This document shows positions 55,942 through 57,314 of a stretch of DNA of 57,314 nucleotides, piece after piece (positions within the stretch are counted from its first letter, which is position 1; every line of letters begins with the position of its first letter). The DNA comes from Candidatus Thorarchaeota archaeon (GTDB lineage: Archaea; Asgardarchaeota; Thorarchaeia; Thorarchaeales; Thorarchaeaceae). Below the pieces are notes generated by a model. It did not search any database and was not told where the DNA came from. It worked only from the letters and a program-made list of their open reading frames with translations. The position numbers and the translations under genes were made by a program. The DNA lies in assembly GCA_038893995.1 (NCBI GenBank), contig JAWAQK010000007.1:1-57314 (forward strand), written 5' to 3'.

Positions 55942-56849
55942 TGGTGGTTGCCAGGCCAGTACTCTTCAGACCGACGCTGGAGATGAGAGCGGCCCTGTTT
56001 ATGGTGGTCATAGCATACTCGATTCTTGCGTTCGTCGAGTCCCAATACGCGTTTGTTGTGCTGAACTCCGACCCCTCAAGATGGCCCCTCAGGTTTGTGT
56101 GGCTCACATCCGGATCCATGTCAACGATCTCCATCCTACTATGGCTGTTCAAGAACAGGGTCGAGGTCACCAACACAGAGTGGCACCGAGTGGAGAGGGA
56201 CTTGACTCCCCAGCAATTCTTTCGATTGGCGAAAGAATACTCGTGTGAATATTCACATCTGACCAAGAGGCTTGACTGGATCCTCATCACTCTCTCCGTT
56301 GCACTATTCGCTGTTATCGCGGTCGCTCCATTTGTCAGTATCACCCTGCTGCCTTCTTCGATAGCGATGATGCCAATAGTAGTTGGGGCGGCCACAGCTG
56401 TCTTTGCAATAGTTGCCATGCGTGCCATATACCAGGCAATTCCGACCAAGGCAACACATCTCTTTCCCCCAGTGCATGCCTCTGTCATCAGGAGCGCCCT
56501 CAGACTGTTACGGAGATGCCCGGGCATATCAGTGACCACTGTGAGAGTTGTCCTGTTGGAGAGTCAGGGATTCTACAGGATAGAGAGCTTCAGAGCCACG
56601 GGTCACATTGCAGGACTTGAGGGTGTAGGGTTGGTGATCGTCGACGCCGACACACACGGTCGTCCCCTGCGGGCTCACTCACTCCTTCAGTTGGATGAAA
56701 GCAAGTATACTTCAGTGGTGGATCTAGGCCCAGACCCTGAGAGTGTAATCACGTCTCTAGTATTGGACACAGTCCGGAAGTACTTGGATGCCCACGACGA
56801 CGGTGACTTGCAAGAATTCTTCGAGAACTCGGGACTCGGTCTGGATTGA
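55941..56849 (+). CDS. Hypothetical 4-TM membrane protein, paralog of the upstream gene
   Basis: Same layout with EWHRVERDL; 1-bp overlap with the upstream stop. Confidence 0.7.
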   Translation: MVVARPVLFRPTLEMRAALFMVVIAYSILAFVESQYAFVVLNSDPSRWPLRFVWLTSGSMSTISILLWLFKNRVEVTNTEWHRVERDLTPQQFFRLAKEYSCEYSHLTKRLDWILITLSVALFAVIAVAPFVSITLLPSSIAMMPIVVGAATAVFAIVAMRAIYQAIPTKATHLFPPVHASVIRSALRLLRRCPGISVTTVRVVLLESQGFYRIESFRATGHIAGLEGVGLVIVDADTHGRPLRAHSLLQLDESKYTSVVDLGPDPESVITSLVLDTVRKYLDAHDDGDLQEFFENSGLGLD

Positions 56850-57079
56850 CTATGTGTCAGAACTGACACGACCCCCTAGACAGGACTCGAACTGCCTCCG
56901 CTGCATGGACAGAACGGTGCGAAGCACCCAGCAACTCATGTCTCTTTTCACACACCGTGAGACCTCCGACTCAGCCTATGTCAAACGCCACGTGCCCTGG
57001 TATGAACGACGCAGATTCGTCACAGACACGTTTAATTCTGTTCCTCTAAATGCTCGATTTGAGGAGCACGTCCATGGCC

Positions 57080-57314
57080 CTAGAGCATTGGAAGAACAAA
57101 TGGATACTCATGCTTCTGGCTGGCATTGTAATTCAGGCGGTCGCTTATCCCGCTTCGTGGTTGCTGCAGATGTTTCAGCACAACTATTTCTTTGAGGTCT
57201 TCGTAGTAGGCGTCGTTTCGGTACTCATTCAGATCGCAGGGTTTGTCACAATAATGGTGAAGACTGCGGACAAGCATCCGTCCATCTACGGGCAGGGTCG
57301 ACCTTTCCAGCACA
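57080..57314 (-). CDS. C-terminal fragment of an unidentified gene cut by the window edge
   Basis: Open frame runs to the window end; no recognisable motif. Confidence 0.35.
   Translation of the reverse strand, partial: VLERSTLPVDGRMLVRSLHHYCDKPCDLNEYRNDAYYEDLKEIVVLKHLQQPRSGISDRLNYNASQKHEYPFVLPML

Noticed and set aside
1-57314. Numerous antisense or alternate-frame ORFs (e.g. 15613-16257, 26434-27186, 46142-46780, 55886-56539)
   Set aside because: Shadows of well-supported genes in moderately GC-rich DNA

Overview
Gene-dense archaeal chromosomal segment. An Asgard archaeon, most likely a Thorarchaeia-type lineage, is inferred from an archaeal histone, eS25, a longin-small GTPase, an ESCRT-II (Vps22/36) domain protein and a giant DUF2341/LamG/Ig surface protein. 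About 45 CDSs are supported, including housekeeping genes (udp, prs-like, ilvE, larB, alaX, glmU-like, gltX, thiI, gcvH, malic enzyme, two bcp). I saw no rRNA, convincing tRNA, CRISPR array or transposase. Most notable observations: (1) two tandem DapA-family aldolase::Fae fusions whose Fae domains have lost complementary halves of the conserved motif set; (2) a ~1 kb gene-free interval containing a ~417-nt RNA-like fold of nested long-range stems; (3) a 168-aa protein that looks like an ectodomain-less copy of the TM and cytoplasmic tail of the 4209-aa surface protein; (4) a divergent locus joining longin/DENN-like, longin-GTPase, SHOCT-like and multidomain ESCRT-II genes; (5) apparently inactive RadA and Cdc6 paralogs. 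All family calls come from motif recognition by eye; no database searches were run.
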